Shown in pieces: positions 1 through 12,871 of a stretch of 64,000 nucleotides of DNA; position 1 is the first letter of the stretch, and every line of letters begins with the position of its first letter. The translations under genes and the position numbers were made by a program. The stretch is taken from positions 1,472,001 to 1,536,000 of the forward strand of contig CAVRJY010000001.1 in assembly GCA_963721805.1 (NCBI GenBank), read 5' to 3'. The DNA is from Nitrospirota bacterium. GTDB lineage: Bacteria > Nitrospirota > Thermodesulfovibrionia > Thermodesulfovibrionales > JdFR-86. The notes beneath the pieces were generated by a model, which worked only from the letters and a program-made list of their open reading frames with translations, had not been told where the DNA came from and did no database searches.

Positions 1-1
1 T

Positions 2-355
2 TTTTTCGTTCCCGACAGGGTCACGAAAGCCCTGACGTTTGACGGCTCGAAGTTCATGGCGTCATTATTGGGATTCGTCGACGTGTTCGTCGTCACGGGA
101 CTTTTTCTGTCGCGCAGGACAGCGGTCTACGGGTATCTCCTAAACGGGATGATCGTCATACTCGGAACTATCCTCATGAGCCATTTCGCTATCGCGTCAT
201 TCATCGCCAAGGGCATCCCGCCCGAAGGCGTCATCCTCGGCTCCAACGCGATAGACATTACCCTGGCATGGGCGGATTTCTTAGTGGGGCGCGCACTGTA
301 TGAGGTTATCATGCAGGGTGAACGGGCAGCGGCATATGGGCAGGGGCGCGGCTAA
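2..355 (+). CDS. hypothetical membrane protein, 5'-truncated by window edge
   Basis: Frame of ORF 56..355 is open from base 2 (FFVPDRVTKALTFDGSKFMASLL...); two to three hydrophobic segments. Confidence 0.6.
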   Translation, partial: FFVPDRVTKALTFDGSKFMASLLGFVDVFVVTGLFLSRRTAVYGYLLNGMIVILGTILMSHFAIASFIAKGIPPEGVILGSNAIDITLAWADFLVGRALYEVIMQGERAAAYGQGRG

Positions 356-356
356 A

Positions 357-453
357 TGGCGAGAGCGTGTGGGAATCGAACCCACCCTGCCCCGATTAGG
401 GGGCAACACTGGATTTGAAGTCCAGGAGGGACACCAGAGCCCTATACGCTCCC
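357..453 (-). tRNA. selC: tRNA-Sec (anticodon UCA)
   Basis: Reverse complement GGGAGCGT...CTGGA-CTTCAAA-TCCAG...GGTTCGATTCC...ACGCTCTC-G-CCA: 8-bp acceptor stem, UCA anticodon, long variable arm, encoded CCA. Confidence 0.95.
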
Positions 454-555
454 AACTGAAGAAAGCCCCTTAAGTTTACTGGATATTCAGGCTGAATGCA
501 AAGCTTGGCCAAAGGGCTTGCATGCACGAGCCTTATTAAAGCGGAGGTGTCCACC

Positions 556-1491
556 ATGCCTGACAGAGTCCTGTTCGTGGAGGATGAGCCCGGAGCACTG
601 GGCGCGCTTAAGCGGCTGTTTTCGGGCGAGCCGGTCGAGGTGTCGGCCGCATCGAGCGCGGCCGGGGCCGAAGAGGCGATCAGCCGCGAGGAGGTCGCGG
701 TCATCGTCTCTGACAACCTCGTCTCCGGCCTGACGGGCATCGAACTCCTGCAGCGCGTCAGGCACATATCCCCCCGGACGGTGCGCATACTAATGACCGC
801 ACATACGGACGCCCAGGCGGCCATCGACGCGATCAACAAGGGCGAGGTCTTCAGGATCCTGACAAAACCCTGGGACGAAAAGGAGCTTAGAAAAACCGTG
901 CTTGAGGCCGTTGGCCGCTACAGGGTCTCGAAGACCCTCGCCTCGGCCGACGAGCACACGACGCTCGCCATCGCGCAGGCGATCGAGCTGAAGGACCCGT
1001 ACACTAAGGGCCACTGCGACAGGGTTGCCGGCTACGCCCTTGCCCTCGCAAAAGAAGCGGGGCTGGACGAGGACACCCAAAGGTTAGTGAAGCTCGGGAG
1101 CTGGCTGCACGACTGCGGCAAGATAGGGGTCCCTGAGGCGATACTGAACCATACCGGCCCTCTGTCGAAGGCTGAATGGAATCTCGTGAGGAAGCACTCC
1201 GAATGGGGTGCGGACGTGGCGAGGGCCGCCGGGATGGACCCGCGCATCATCTCGATCATCCTGCACCACCACGAGAGATACGACGGCTCGGGCTATCCGT
1301 ACGGGCTCAAGGGCAAGGACCTCCCCGTCGAGGAGAGCGTCGTGGGCATAGCGGATATCTTCGATGCGCTCATGACGAACCGTCCGTACAGGCAAAGCTG
1401 GCCTCAGGAGCAGGTCATCTCGCACATGAAGCGCGGCAGCGGCACCCTTTTCGACCCCGTGCTGATCGAGATTTTAATCAGGCTTCTCTAG
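556..1491 (+). CDS. response regulator receiver + HD-GYP c-di-GMP phosphodiesterase
   Basis: REC domain (VLFVEDE...VSD), HDCGK and HHERYDGSGYP motifs; GGAGG upstream of ATG 556. Confidence 0.9.
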   Translation: MPDRVLFVEDEPGALGALKRLFSGEPVEVSAASSAAGAEEAISREEVAVIVSDNLVSGLTGIELLQRVRHISPRTVRILMTAHTDAQAAIDAINKGEVFRILTKPWDEKELRKTVLEAVGRYRVSKTLASADEHTTLAIAQAIELKDPYTKGHCDRVAGYALALAKEAGLDEDTQRLVKLGSWLHDCGKIGVPEAILNHTGPLSKAEWNLVRKHSEWGADVARAAGMDPRIISIILHHHERYDGSGYPYGLKGKDLPVEESVVGIADIFDALMTNRPYRQSWPQEQVISHMKRGSGTLFDPVLIEILIRLL

Positions 1492-1570
1492 AGCTATTTA
1501 ACTTTATTTTTAGGTATGTTTACTGATCTTATCTAAAGCGTTACTTAAACAATAGGGCTTTCTGATGCGA

Positions 1571-2572
1571 TCATGACTGCGGGTGTATGAATTCCGAGAC
1601 ATGGGGCAGAAGCTCCTTAAATTCCTGATAGGTCACGTTGCCCTGCCAGTGGCCAGAGAGCTTCGCGGCCAGTATGATCCCGAAAAACACCGCTATGACG
1701 ATCAGCCCGAAAGCCACGGGGTTGATCTTGCGCCCGGGCAGGCCCACGTCTAGCGCGCCCTTGGCCGGGCATACGCTCACGCAGCTCAGGCATCCGGTGC
1801 ACTCCGGCGAGCGCACGACCTTGAACTTATCTACCGGCAGGTTCGCGGGGCAGGTTTTCGCGCACTTCTGGCAATTGATGCACGCGGCCTCGTCACGCCT
1901 GATCTTGACGGGGCTAAGCATGCTGATGAGGCCCACTAGCGCGCCGTACGGGCAGAGGTACCGGCACCAAAAGTTCTTGACAGGCAGCGAGACCGCGACC
2001 AATGCCAGAAGCACTACAGCGGTAGTCATGCTCATCTTCGTAAAGAAAAACAACATCTTGGCGTCCGCGACCTTCCAGTACGGGGTGCCCATAAATGCGA
2101 GCACCGAGTCCGGCGTCATCTTGATAAACACGATATACAGAAATATGCCCATCAGTATGTACTTTAGCGACCTAAGCGCGATGTCCGCCCTCGGCCCGAG
2201 CTGGTAGTTGCGGCCGAATGCACGCGCCCCCAGCTTGTGCACGGCCTCGGAGAGCGTCCCGACCGGGCATATCCATCCGCAGAACGATTTCTTGAGCCAG
2301 AGCGATATCAAGATCGCGGCCGCGAAGATCACGAGCCCTGCCGGGTGTATCCAGTCGAAGACGCCGCGCGTGATCCAGAGCTTCAGCGCCATGAGCGACC
2401 CGATCGGCAGGAACCCCTCGACCATCGGTGGCCGGTCGACCTGAGGCCCGCCGCTCAGGAAGTGCTCCGTGAACTCGTAGAACCTGAAGCCGCCCCACGC
2501 GATGAGCAGGAATATCGCCCACTGCACGGCATAGCGGAAGCTGCGGACGTATGTGCGGTCGATCTTTACCAT
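1571..2572 (-). CDS. membrane-bound 4Fe-4S polyferredoxin (NapH/YccM/FixG-like)
   Basis: Multiple TM helices, CGWICP and CRYLCP motifs, two CxxCxxCxxxCP motifs. Confidence 0.85.
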   Translation of the reverse strand: MVKIDRTYVRSFRYAVQWAIFLLIAWGGFRFYEFTEHFLSGGPQVDRPPMVEGFLPIGSLMALKLWITRGVFDWIHPAGLVIFAAAILISLWLKKSFCGWICPVGTLSEAVHKLGARAFGRNYQLGPRADIALRSLKYILMGIFLYIVFIKMTPDSVLAFMGTPYWKVADAKMLFFFTKMSMTTAVVLLALVAVSLPVKNFWCRYLCPYGALVGLISMLSPVKIRRDEAACINCQKCAKTCPANLPVDKFKVVRSPECTGCLSCVSVCPAKGALDVGLPGRKINPVAFGLIVIAVFFGIILAAKLSGHWQGNVTYQEFKELLPHVSEFIHPQS

Positions 2573-2616
2573 ACCGTATTGTAACGGATGGGACGTTCGA
2601 GAGGGTATGATCTACG

Positions 2617-3883
2617 TCAGGCTTTCGAGCAACGCATCTCTACCGCGCACTGGAAGCGCTTGCGGAAATCGTCCACGCTCAAACAAGCGGCCTTTGCGAG
2701 GTGATGGACCTCTTCGCCCTCCAGGTCGCCGGGCAGCAGGCGGATCATGTACTCAAGCGCGACCTGATAGGTCTCGCTCGTGATATCGACGAGCCTCAGG
2801 CGGGTCTTCCCTGTCACGGGGTCCGCGAGCTCGACGAACGGCACTGCCTTCAACCTGCCCTCGTAGAACACCACCATCGAGCCGGTGCCGCCAAGCAGTA
2901 GGAACCTCACCGCGCCGTATCCCAGGTTGCGCGTGTATTCGAGGTCATAGGGGATCGGGTCGGCCGCGCGGAGCTCGTAGCCTATGGTCTTATGGACTAT
3001 CGTGCAGGCGACGCCGCGCTCATGCATCTCCTTTTTAAGCTGGTCCTTCATGAGGCCGCCCGAGGTTGATCTCGGAGAGCCTGACGCGGCCTGCCTCGTC
3101 CTTCTCGAGGTGGGCATGGCTCTTGAGCTCCTCCGGGTCGAACTTGCTCGATATGCCCTCGGCGAGCACAGCGACGCCGAAGTTCTTTCCGGCCGCGAGC
3201 CGCTTGATGATCGAGCCTTCGAGGATCGTCGAGACGGTCTTGAACGATACGTGCTCGGGCAGCTCCTCGGGTATCAGCGTGATCGTGGCCCCGGCCGCCT
3301 TGCCGATGCCGAGCGCGAGGTGGCCGGTATAGCGGCCCATCGTCGTGATGAAGTACCACCGCCCGGTCGAGCGCGCGTCCTCAATCAGATTGCTCACGAT
3401 CTCCACGCCCCAGTGGCGCGCGGTCTCGTAGCCGAACGTGGGCACGCCGCCCGGAAGCGGGATGTCGTTGTCTATCGTCTTGGGTACGTGGATGACCGCT
3501 ATCGAGCCCTTGGCCTCGCGCTCTATCCATCGCGCCATGAAAAGCGTCCCGTCGCCGCCGATCGTGAGCAGGTATCGCACCTTCAGGGAGCGGAGCGTCT
3601 TCATCAGAATGCCGAACTCCTCTTGCAGCCGCTCGGGGAAGTCGCGGGAGGTGGTCAGGATCGAGCCCCCGGTGTCGTGGATGCGGGCGACGTCATCGAT
3701 GGTCAGGCGCACGGCGGCCTTTCGGTCGCCGTTAAACAGGCTCTTGAAACCGCCCTTTATGCCGATGACGGTCTTGCCGCTTTTTTCGGCCTCGATCACC
3801 GCGGCGCTGATCACGCCGTTGATGCCCGGTGCCGGGCCGCCGCCTACGATGATGGCCAGGACCTCGCTATTTTTCGCCGCCAC
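2617..3883 (-). CDS. 6-phosphofructokinase (PfkA superfamily), single frameshift near 3060
   Basis: GGGPAPGIN, IGGDGT, PKTIDND, MGR motifs in ORF 3035..3883; C-terminal GYELR motif continues in ORF 2617..3117. Confidence 0.85.
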
Positions 3884-3901
3884 TAACCCCCCGATCTAAA
3901 T

Positions 3902-3939
3902 CGTAGGGGGACGCCCCGTTATAGAGGCGTCCCCCTACG
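3902..3939. repeat. GTAG-type perfect palindrome (REP-like hairpin) between fba and pfk
   Basis: CGTAGGGGGACGCC-N10-GGCGTCCCCCTACG, 14-bp perfect inverted repeat. Confidence 0.7.
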
Positions 3940-3954
3940 GATACATTCCTGATG

Positions 3955-5312
3955 CTAGGCCAGGAGCGCCTTTGCCTCTGCGGGCAGCTCCTTCGCGACC
4001 ACGACGGGCTTCACGTTTTTGTTGACCATCACGGTCGTGCCGTTGACCTTGAGTTTCGTAAACAGGAACTCGAACTTCGCCCCGAGCTCTTCCATCAGCT
4101 TGGCGCGGACGTCGGCCGGGAGGGTCCACCAGTCTTTCTTCTTTGTGCCGAAGCCCTTCTTGCGGGTCTTGTATATGAACTGCTCCTCGGTCTCGCCCTC
4201 TTTCTTTTCCTTGGCGAACTCGACCAGTATGTAGTCGTAAATCTTCTTCTTGAAATCCCCGGGCAGTGGCCGGGCTGTCGTAGATGATGTTCTGAAACCC
4301 GGTCGCGAGGTGGACCTCCGAGGTCCCTGGTCTGCGGGAACATATGGAATGCGTCGTCCGGCAGGGTCGACGCGCCGTGCTGCACGCAGCCGGAGAGCCC
4401 GAACTCCTTGCGCGCGATCTCGGAAAGTTCGCGCAGGGCCTCGAAGTCGATCTTGACCTTGGCCAGAGTGCCGTCCGGCAGTACGACGCCGCCGTGCGCG
4501 GTGCCGGTCTGGATGCTGAGCTTGCTCAGGCCGGTGCCGCCCTTAAATGATTCCTTGAACCCGGCGAGGTATGCGCGCAGCTCGTTTGCGTTGGAGTTCT
4601 TGCCGCCGATCTCGCCGATCTCGCCGCCAATGGATATGGTAACTCCCTTGGGCTCGCTCTCGCGCACGACTCCGGCAAGCTCCGCCGCGAGCGAGAAGTT
4701 CGGCCTCTGCTGCTCCTTGACGTCCGCGGGCGTCAGGTCCACGAGCGTGGAGGTGTCGATGTCTATGTTATAGAACTCCGCGTCGATGGCCTCCTTGATG
4801 AGGCCCTTGAGGTAGTTGGTCTCGGCCGCAGGGTCTGATTTCATGTTTTTAAGCGTTGCCTGGAAGTGGTCGCCCTGTATGAAGACCGGCCCGACGTAGC
4901 CTTCCTTGACAGCGGCCGCGAGCACGACGGTCGAGTACTCAAGCGGGCGCTGCTTCGTGTAGCCGATCTCGGAGCGCGCGATCTCGAAGATCATCGCGTT
5001 GACGTCGAGCTTGCGCGCGGCGCGGAACACGGCCTTCGAGGAGTCGTACGCGAGGCCGCGTATGTTCATAGCGGGCACGGTGAAGCCCGGATAGGACTTG
5101 CCCATCGCCTCGTAAAGCCCCTGTATCGACGCGGGCACCGCCCCGGCAGCCTTGCATGCCTCTTTGATCAGGATCAGCTTGGCCTTCCGCTTCGCGTCGT
5201 CGGCCTCGAAGACCGCGTCGAAGATCAGCTCGTCCATCGATTCGCGGAGCTTCCCAAGGTCCTTGACCTTCACGGCCCCGTTTTCCAGCGCGAGAATCTG
5301 CTTCAAATCCAT
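3955..5312 (-). CDS. class II fructose-bisphosphate aldolase-like protein, two frameshifts (~4328, ~4268)
   Basis: IQGDH, GEIG, GTAHGG, VQHGAS motifs; continues in shifted frames (EVHLATGFQNIIYD; ...EAKALLA-stop at 3955). Confidence 0.8.
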
Positions 5313-5512
5313 CTAACTTCCTCCTTGTAAGATATATTGTTCATTAGTACTTCGGTAAAAACCGGAAATGGTAAATATATACCGTCACCGGAACGACAGC
5401 ATGATTATACTTCCTAACGCGGAAAATGTGAAGTTGCATTTGCGCGCTCCGGTGCAATGCCCGGCCCGCCGCCCCGCCTAATTTTTTTCCCCGGCTATCG
5501 TATAATATGCCG

Positions 5513-7167
5513 ATGAGCGATCCCGACGTGAAGACCGCGGCGCAAAAGCATGACATACTGGCCGAAAAAAGCACCTGGCTCTTCACGCTGAAGCGCAAGA
5601 TCACGGTCTCGCTCTTCGCGCTCATGTCGGTCTCGATGGCCGTGACCGTGGCCATCATCGCGGTCTTCGTCTGGAGGTCGCTGATCGACGACGACAGGGC
5701 CAAGACCCAGGAACTCGCCAATACCATGCAGGCCGGGCTCCGAAACCTGATGATCATGCGCGCCCCGGCCCTGATCGACAACTCCATCGACGCCGCGGTC
5801 AAGGGCGGCGGCTCGTTAAGAAGCGTCATGATCCTCGACTCCCGAGGCAGGATCGCCTATTCGACCCATCCCGCCGACGAGGGCAAGGTTATCGACCGGT
5901 TCAGCGAGCCGAGCTGCGTTGGTTGCCACAAGCTCCAGGGCTCGAGCCCGACGCACAGTGACCTGGTAGTGAGCATAGGCGGCGCGAAGGTCCACAGGGT
6001 GGTCCTCCCGCTGCTGAACGAGCCGGTCTGCAACGCCTGCCACGACCCCTCGCGCCCGATCATCGGAAAGCTGATCATAGACAGGTCGCTCGAGCCCACA
6101 TATTCCCTGCTGCGCGGCATCATATACGTGATGGCCGGGATCGGCGCTCTCTGCCTCGGCGGGGTGTTCCTGCTGCTTTCGCGCGGCGTCGACAGGTACA
6201 TCGACGAGGTCGTAAGCAAGAGCACCGAACTCAACGTGCTGTACTCCATGGTCGACCGCCTGAGCAAGACCATCGACATCGACGGCCTCAAGCGCGTCGT
6301 GGCCGAGATACTCTCCGACACCGTCGGCTCGGCCGAGATATGCATTGTCGAGCGCAAGAACGAGACCTCGTTCAGGGTGACGGAGTGGAAGCGCGAGACC
6401 GGACGGCTCGAGCGAAAACGGATCGACAGGGAGGACAGGCTCAACTTCGTGGCCGGCGAATGGCTCGCCGGGAGGCTCACCTACGCGCGCCCTCGGGCGA
6501 CGGCTCCGAGATATACATGCCGCTGGTCGGGATGACCGTGCCCCTCGGGCTGGTCGTGATAAAGAAAGACGAGGCCGTCTCGCCAGTCAACATGGAGCTG
6601 ATCGCGGCGATGGCCAAGCACATAGCCATCGCGTTTGAAAACGCGCGGCTCTATAACATCGCGATAACCGACGAGCTCACGATGCTGTTCACGCAGAGGC
6701 ACTTCAGGCACGTCCTCGAGAGGGAATTTGACAATTTCGAGCGCTACGGCGAGAGCCTGAGCCTCCTGATGATCGACGTCGACGACTTCAAGCCGGTCAA
6801 CGACACCTACGGGCACATCATCGGCGACGCCGTCCTGAGGGGCATCGCCGACTGCGTCAAGGACTCGATCCGCGCAACGGACATCGCATTCCGGTACGGG
6901 GGGGAGGAACTGGCCGTGATACTTCCGGCCACCGGGGTGAAGGGCGCGATGGAGGTCTCCGAGAGGATCAGGACCGCGGTCAAGAGTTCCGTGTTCGACG
7001 AGATGCGCCACCGGGTCAGGGTCACGGTGAGCATAGGGGTCTCGGTCTGCCCCCTGAACGCCTCGTCAATGTACGGGCTGAAGGTCACGGCCGACGAGGC
7101 GCTCTACGAAGCGAAGAAGGCAGGCAAGGACCGCACAGTCCAGTACGAAGGCTGCTGGGAAGGCTGA
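5513..7167 (+). CDS. membrane diguanylate cyclase with two CxxCH motifs, GAF and GGDEF domains; frameshift near 6490
   Basis: ORFs 5507..6535 and 6340..7167 join; two TM helices flank CVGCH and CNACH; RATD I-site and RYGGEEL active site. Confidence 0.8.
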
Positions 7168-7214
7168 GTTTCAAGGCAGGGGTTCGCGCGGGCGGATGCA
7201 CGCGGCGATGAATG

Positions 7215-7670
7215 CTACTGCTGTTCCTCGAGTTTTTCCATGGCCTCTTCCTGCTCTTTCAGTTCCTGACAGTCGCGGCAGCGGATGGCGAAAGGCAGGA
7301 CCTTGAGGCGCTCGGTGCTGATCTGGTCGCCGCAGTCCTCGCATATGCCGTAGGTGCCCTCGTCGAGCTTGCGCAGGGATTCGTCGATCTTCAGGAGGGC
7401 GTCGCGGTGCGCCCCGAGCACCTGCAGCGCAACGGTCTCGTTGTGGTCTATGACGGCGAGGTCTCCGTCGTCGAGGGCCGAGTCCACGGTGTCGCGGTTT
7501 TCGCCGGTGACATATTTTGATATCTCGGTGCGCGACTCCGAGAGCAGCTCGTCGCGCCTGCCCTGGAGCAGCTCGCGGAGCTGCCTGTTGCGGACGGTAT
7601 CGGGGCTCTCGGCGCCGTCGCCGCTTGCGGCCTTGACGGTCTTGCGCTTTACTTTTTTCGCATCTGCCAT
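7215..7670 (-). CDS. TraR/DksA family C4 zinc-finger protein
   Basis: DxxDxA coiled-coil tip (DDGDLA), GTYGICEDCG...ERL...CRDC. Confidence 0.85.
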   Translation of the reverse strand: MADAKKVKRKTVKAASGDGAESPDTVRNRQLRELLQGRRDELLSESRTEISKYVTGENRDTVDSALDDGDLAVIDHNETVALQVLGAHRDALLKIDESLRKLDEGTYGICEDCGDQISTERLKVLPFAIRCRDCQELKEQEEAMEKLEEQQ

Positions 7671-7677
7671 AGGCGGC

Positions 7678-7818
7678 CTATTTCTCTGCCTTAGCCGCAG
7701 CCTCTTCGACCTTGTGGACTTCCTGAATCCCGCGGACGTTTATGCCCGCGTCCTTGAGCGCCTTCTGTATATCGACCGGCTTCGCGTCGACGACCTTCAG
7801 TATATAGTTGATGTTCAT
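7678..7818 (-). CDS. 46-aa small protein (MNINYILKVVDAKPVDIQKALKDAGINVRGIQEVHKVEEAAAKAEK)
   Basis: Fills the frr-dksA gap co-directionally; host-like codon usage; GGAGG at the frr 3' end; below the ORF-track size cutoff. Confidence 0.7.
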   Translation of the reverse strand: MNINYILKVVDAKPVDIQKALKDAGINVRGIQEVHKVEEAAAKAEK

Positions 7819-7825
7819 AGCCCTG

Positions 7826-9748
<1,923 letters not shown>

Positions 9749-9749
<1 letters not shown>

Positions 9750-10550
9750 TACTGCGCAACCTCCTCGGTGGTCTTCGCTGCCTCGGCCGGGGCCGGGGCC
9801 GCTGCCGCTGCCGCCGCTTCGGCCGCTGCCGCTGCTGCCTCGGCCGCCTCGGCCATCTGCTTCTCGATCGTCTGCCTGCCCTCGCGCATCGCGGCGCCCA
9901 TCTTTGAGGTCATCAGCGCGATGGCGCGGATGGCGTCGTCGTTGCCGGGGATGACGTAGTCGATCAGGTCCGGGTCGCAGTTGGTATCGACGAGCGCGAC
10001 GATCGGGATCTTGAGCTTGCGGGCTTCCTGCACCGCGATGTCTTCCTTCTTGGGGTCGATGATGAAGATGATGTCCGGCAGGCCGGGCATGTCCTTGATG
10101 CCGCTCATGTACTTCTCAAGCCTGGTGCGGATCTTCTCGAGCCCGGCGATCTCTTTCTTGGTGAGCTTCGCGTACGTGCCGTCAGCCCTCATCATGGTCG
10201 ATCTTCTTGAGCTTGTCGATGCTCTTTCTGATGGTCGCGAAGTTCGTGAGCATCCCGCCGAGCCAGCGCTGGTTGATGTAGTAAGCGCCGCACTTGTGCG
10301 CCTCCTCGACGATCGAGTCCTGGGCCTGCTTCTTGGTGCCGACGAAGAGCACCCTTGCGTTGCGGGTCGAGGAGTCGCGCACGAAATTGTATGCGACCTC
10401 GAGGCCCTTCATCGTCTTTTGGAGGTCGATGATGTAGATGTCGTTACGTTCGCCGAAGATGTATTTCTTCATCTTCGGGTTCCAGCGCTTGACCTGATGG
10501 CCGAAGTGCACTCCAGCTTCGAGGAGTTCCTTCATCGTGATGACGCTCAT
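9749..10550 (-). CDS. rpsB: 30S ribosomal protein S2, frameshift near 10196
   Basis: [35 protein letters not shown]. Confidence 0.95.
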
Positions 10551-10573
10551 TGCTGATTCTCCTTGTGCTGCGC

Positions 10574-10652
10574 GGTTTTTCCTCCGCCCGAACCCTTCGT
10601 CTCCCCGCAATGCGGGGACCGGACGGGGGCATGCTCAGCCGGGCGTGTGTTA
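10574..10652 (-). ncRNA. rpsB (S2) 5' leader, putative autoregulatory RNA
   Basis: ACACACGCCCG...CGGGCGGAGGAAAAACC architecture with internal hairpin directly upstream of rpsB, as in known S2 leaders. Confidence 0.65.
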
Positions 10653-10739
10653 TTAGTAAGGCAGAGGAGTTTAGCATATGCCACGGTTTGATATCAAGGC
10701 AATGACGTACATATAGTGATGTATAATTAAGCAGATGCT

Positions 10740-11888
10740 ATGCAAAACAAGGAGATACGCCACTTGGAGCAGATAGTCGTCAACGTGGCCGAAGCGCCGC
10801 TTCTCGAGCGCGCCTTAAGCAGGCAGATGCGCCCCCCTGACATCAGGGCCGCGGTGGACCTGGCCGAGGTGCTCAAAGAGATACTCTCGTGGGCGAACCG
10901 GTTTGTCCCCTCGCACTCCGGCTCGGTGCTTATCGACGACCCCGTGGCCCCGCCCGGCCCGGGCGGGCTGCGCGAGCTGTATTTCCTGGCCTGCTTCGGG
11001 CCCGGATCGGAGAATATCGCCGGCACGCGCCTCGACGAGAGCAAGGGGATCGCCGGAGAGACCTACCTCAAGGGCTGCCCTTACATCAGCAGGGACGTAG
11101 TGCACGACAGCAAGTTCTTCCCCGACATCGACGCGATGACCGAGCACAAGAGCCTCTCGATCATCTGCGCCCCGGTCGTCGTCCAGGGCCGCATAATCGG
11201 GGTCATCGAGCTGATCAACCGGATCGGGCGGGAGAGCTTCGACGGGAGCGACCTGGTCCTGCTGGAGATCTTCGCCGGATACACCGGCACGCTGATAGAA
11301 AACGCCCTCTCGGCGCGCGCCTTCAAGGAGATGTCGAGGCGCGACAATCTCACGGACCTCTACAACGACCGATACTTCTTCCACGCCCTTAAGTTTGAGA
11401 TCGTGCGCGCGCTCGAGACCGGCGGCGACGTCTCGCTCGTGTTTTTCGACCTCGACCACTTCAAGACGGTCAACGACACGTTCGGCCACATGGCCGGAAG
11501 CCGCGTTCTGAAGGAGGTGGCGGACGTCCTGCGCGGGGTCTTCACGCGGGGCGACGAGGTCATGGCCCGCTACGGGGGCGACGAGTACGTCGTGGTGCTT
11601 CCGGGCTCGGGCATCCGCGATGCGGCCGCGATGGCAGAGCGCATGAGGGCCGCGATATCCGGCTTCACCTTCATAAAGCAGCCGGGCGGCCACGGCGAGT
11701 TCCCGCTCGACATATCTGACCTGATAACGTGCAGCGCGGGCGTGGCATCGCTGCGCCACAACCTCTCGGCCTCCTGGACCCCTGAACAGATGGTCGACGA
11801 CCTCATAAGAAAGGCGGACCGCGCGATGTACGAATCGAAGGAAAACGGCAAGGACCGCGTCACGGTCTCGGGCGAGCATACCCTATGA
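10740..11888 (+). CDS. GAF + GGDEF diguanylate cyclase
   Basis: GAF domain (GIAG...IIGVIELIN), DLDHFKTVNDTFGH, RYGGDEY. Confidence 0.88.
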   Translation: MQNKEIRHLEQIVVNVAEAPLLERALSRQMRPPDIRAAVDLAEVLKEILSWANRFVPSHSGSVLIDDPVAPPGPGGLRELYFLACFGPGSENIAGTRLDESKGIAGETYLKGCPYISRDVVHDSKFFPDIDAMTEHKSLSIICAPVVVQGRIIGVIELINRIGRESFDGSDLVLLEIFAGYTGTLIENALSARAFKEMSRRDNLTDLYNDRYFFHALKFEIVRALETGGDVSLVFFDLDHFKTVNDTFGHMAGSRVLKEVADVLRGVFTRGDEVMARYGGDEYVVVLPGSGIRDAAAMAERMRAAISGFTFIKQPGGHGEFPLDISDLITCSAGVASLRHNLSASWTPEQMVDDLIRKADRAMYESKENGKDRVTVSGEHTL

Positions 11889-12859
11889 GCCATATGAGGG
11901 CGCTGCTGTTCGATGGCGTGCTGAACGTAAAGTCCGGCTATCCTGTGCCTGTGCCGGCGGCCGGCGAGGCGCTCGTGAGGGTGAGGGTAGCTGGCATCTG
12001 CAACACCGACCTCGAGATCACGCGAGGCTACATGGACTTCAAGGGCGTGCTCGGCCACGAGTTCGTGGGGGTGGTGGAGCGCGGCGAGGGCCGCGCCTCT
12101 GCTCTCGCGGGCCGCCGCGTGGTCGGCGAGATCAACATCGGCTGCGGGAGCTGCCACGCCTGCCTTGCCGGGTTCGCAACGCACTGCGCACGGCGCGATG
12201 TCCTGGGCATCCTCGCCAAGGACGGGGCGATGGCCGATTACCTCACCCTGCCCGCCGGCAACCTGATCGAGGTCCCCGAGGGCGTGAGCGACGAGGAGGC
12301 GGTCTTCACCGAGCCGCTCGCGGCCGCGTTCGAGATCATCGAGCAGGTGCACGTCAGGCCCACCGCGCGCGTGCTCGTGATGGGCGACGGCAAACTCGGC
12401 CTGCTGTGCGCGATGGCGCTCGCAACTACAAGGGCCGAGGTATCGGTGCTAGGCCACCATGCGCACAAGCTCGCTATCGCGAGCCGTCTCGGCATGGCTA
12501 CCTATACCCTGCCTGAGGACGCAGGCGGACGGTCATATGATATAGTTATCGAAGCGACCGGCTCGGCCGGAGGGCTGGGCACCGCGCTCGGGCTCGTGAG
12601 GCCGCGCGGCACCGTCGTTTTAAAGAGCACGGTCGCCGCATCGGCCGATATGAACCTCGCCCCGATAGTGATAGACGAGATCACGGTAGTGGGCTCGCGC
12701 TGCGGCCCGTTTCAGCCCGCACTGAGGGCGATAGCATCGGGCGCCGTGGACGTGATGCCGCTTTTGGGCGGCATATACAGGATCGAAGATTCGCTTGAGG
12801 CGTTCAGCGCCGCATCCGGTCGCGACGCGCTCAAGATCCTGATCGACCTTCGAGGATAA
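11885..12859 (+). CDS. zinc-dependent alcohol dehydrogenase (MDR family)
   Basis: GICNTD, GHEFVG, CGSCHAC...HC, GDGKLG. Confidence 0.88.
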   Translation: MSHMRALLFDGVLNVKSGYPVPVPAAGEALVRVRVAGICNTDLEITRGYMDFKGVLGHEFVGVVERGEGRASALAGRRVVGEINIGCGSCHACLAGFATHCARRDVLGILAKDGAMADYLTLPAGNLIEVPEGVSDEEAVFTEPLAAAFEIIEQVHVRPTARVLVMGDGKLGLLCAMALATTRAEVSVLGHHAHKLAIASRLGMATYTLPEDAGGRSYDIVIEATGSAGGLGTALGLVRPRGTVVLKSTVAASADMNLAPIVIDEITVVGSRCGPFQPALRAIASGAVDVMPLLGGIYRIEDSLEAFSAASGRDALKILIDLRG

Positions 12860-12871
12860 GGAGGCTGCACC

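Noticed and set aside
1..460. Genomic island integrated at selC
   Set aside because: No integrase or att duplication visible; only ~350 bp lie beyond the tRNA 3' end in this window
9770..9856. GCC/GCT tandem repeat
   Set aside because: It encodes the Ala/Glu-rich low-complexity tail common in S2 proteins
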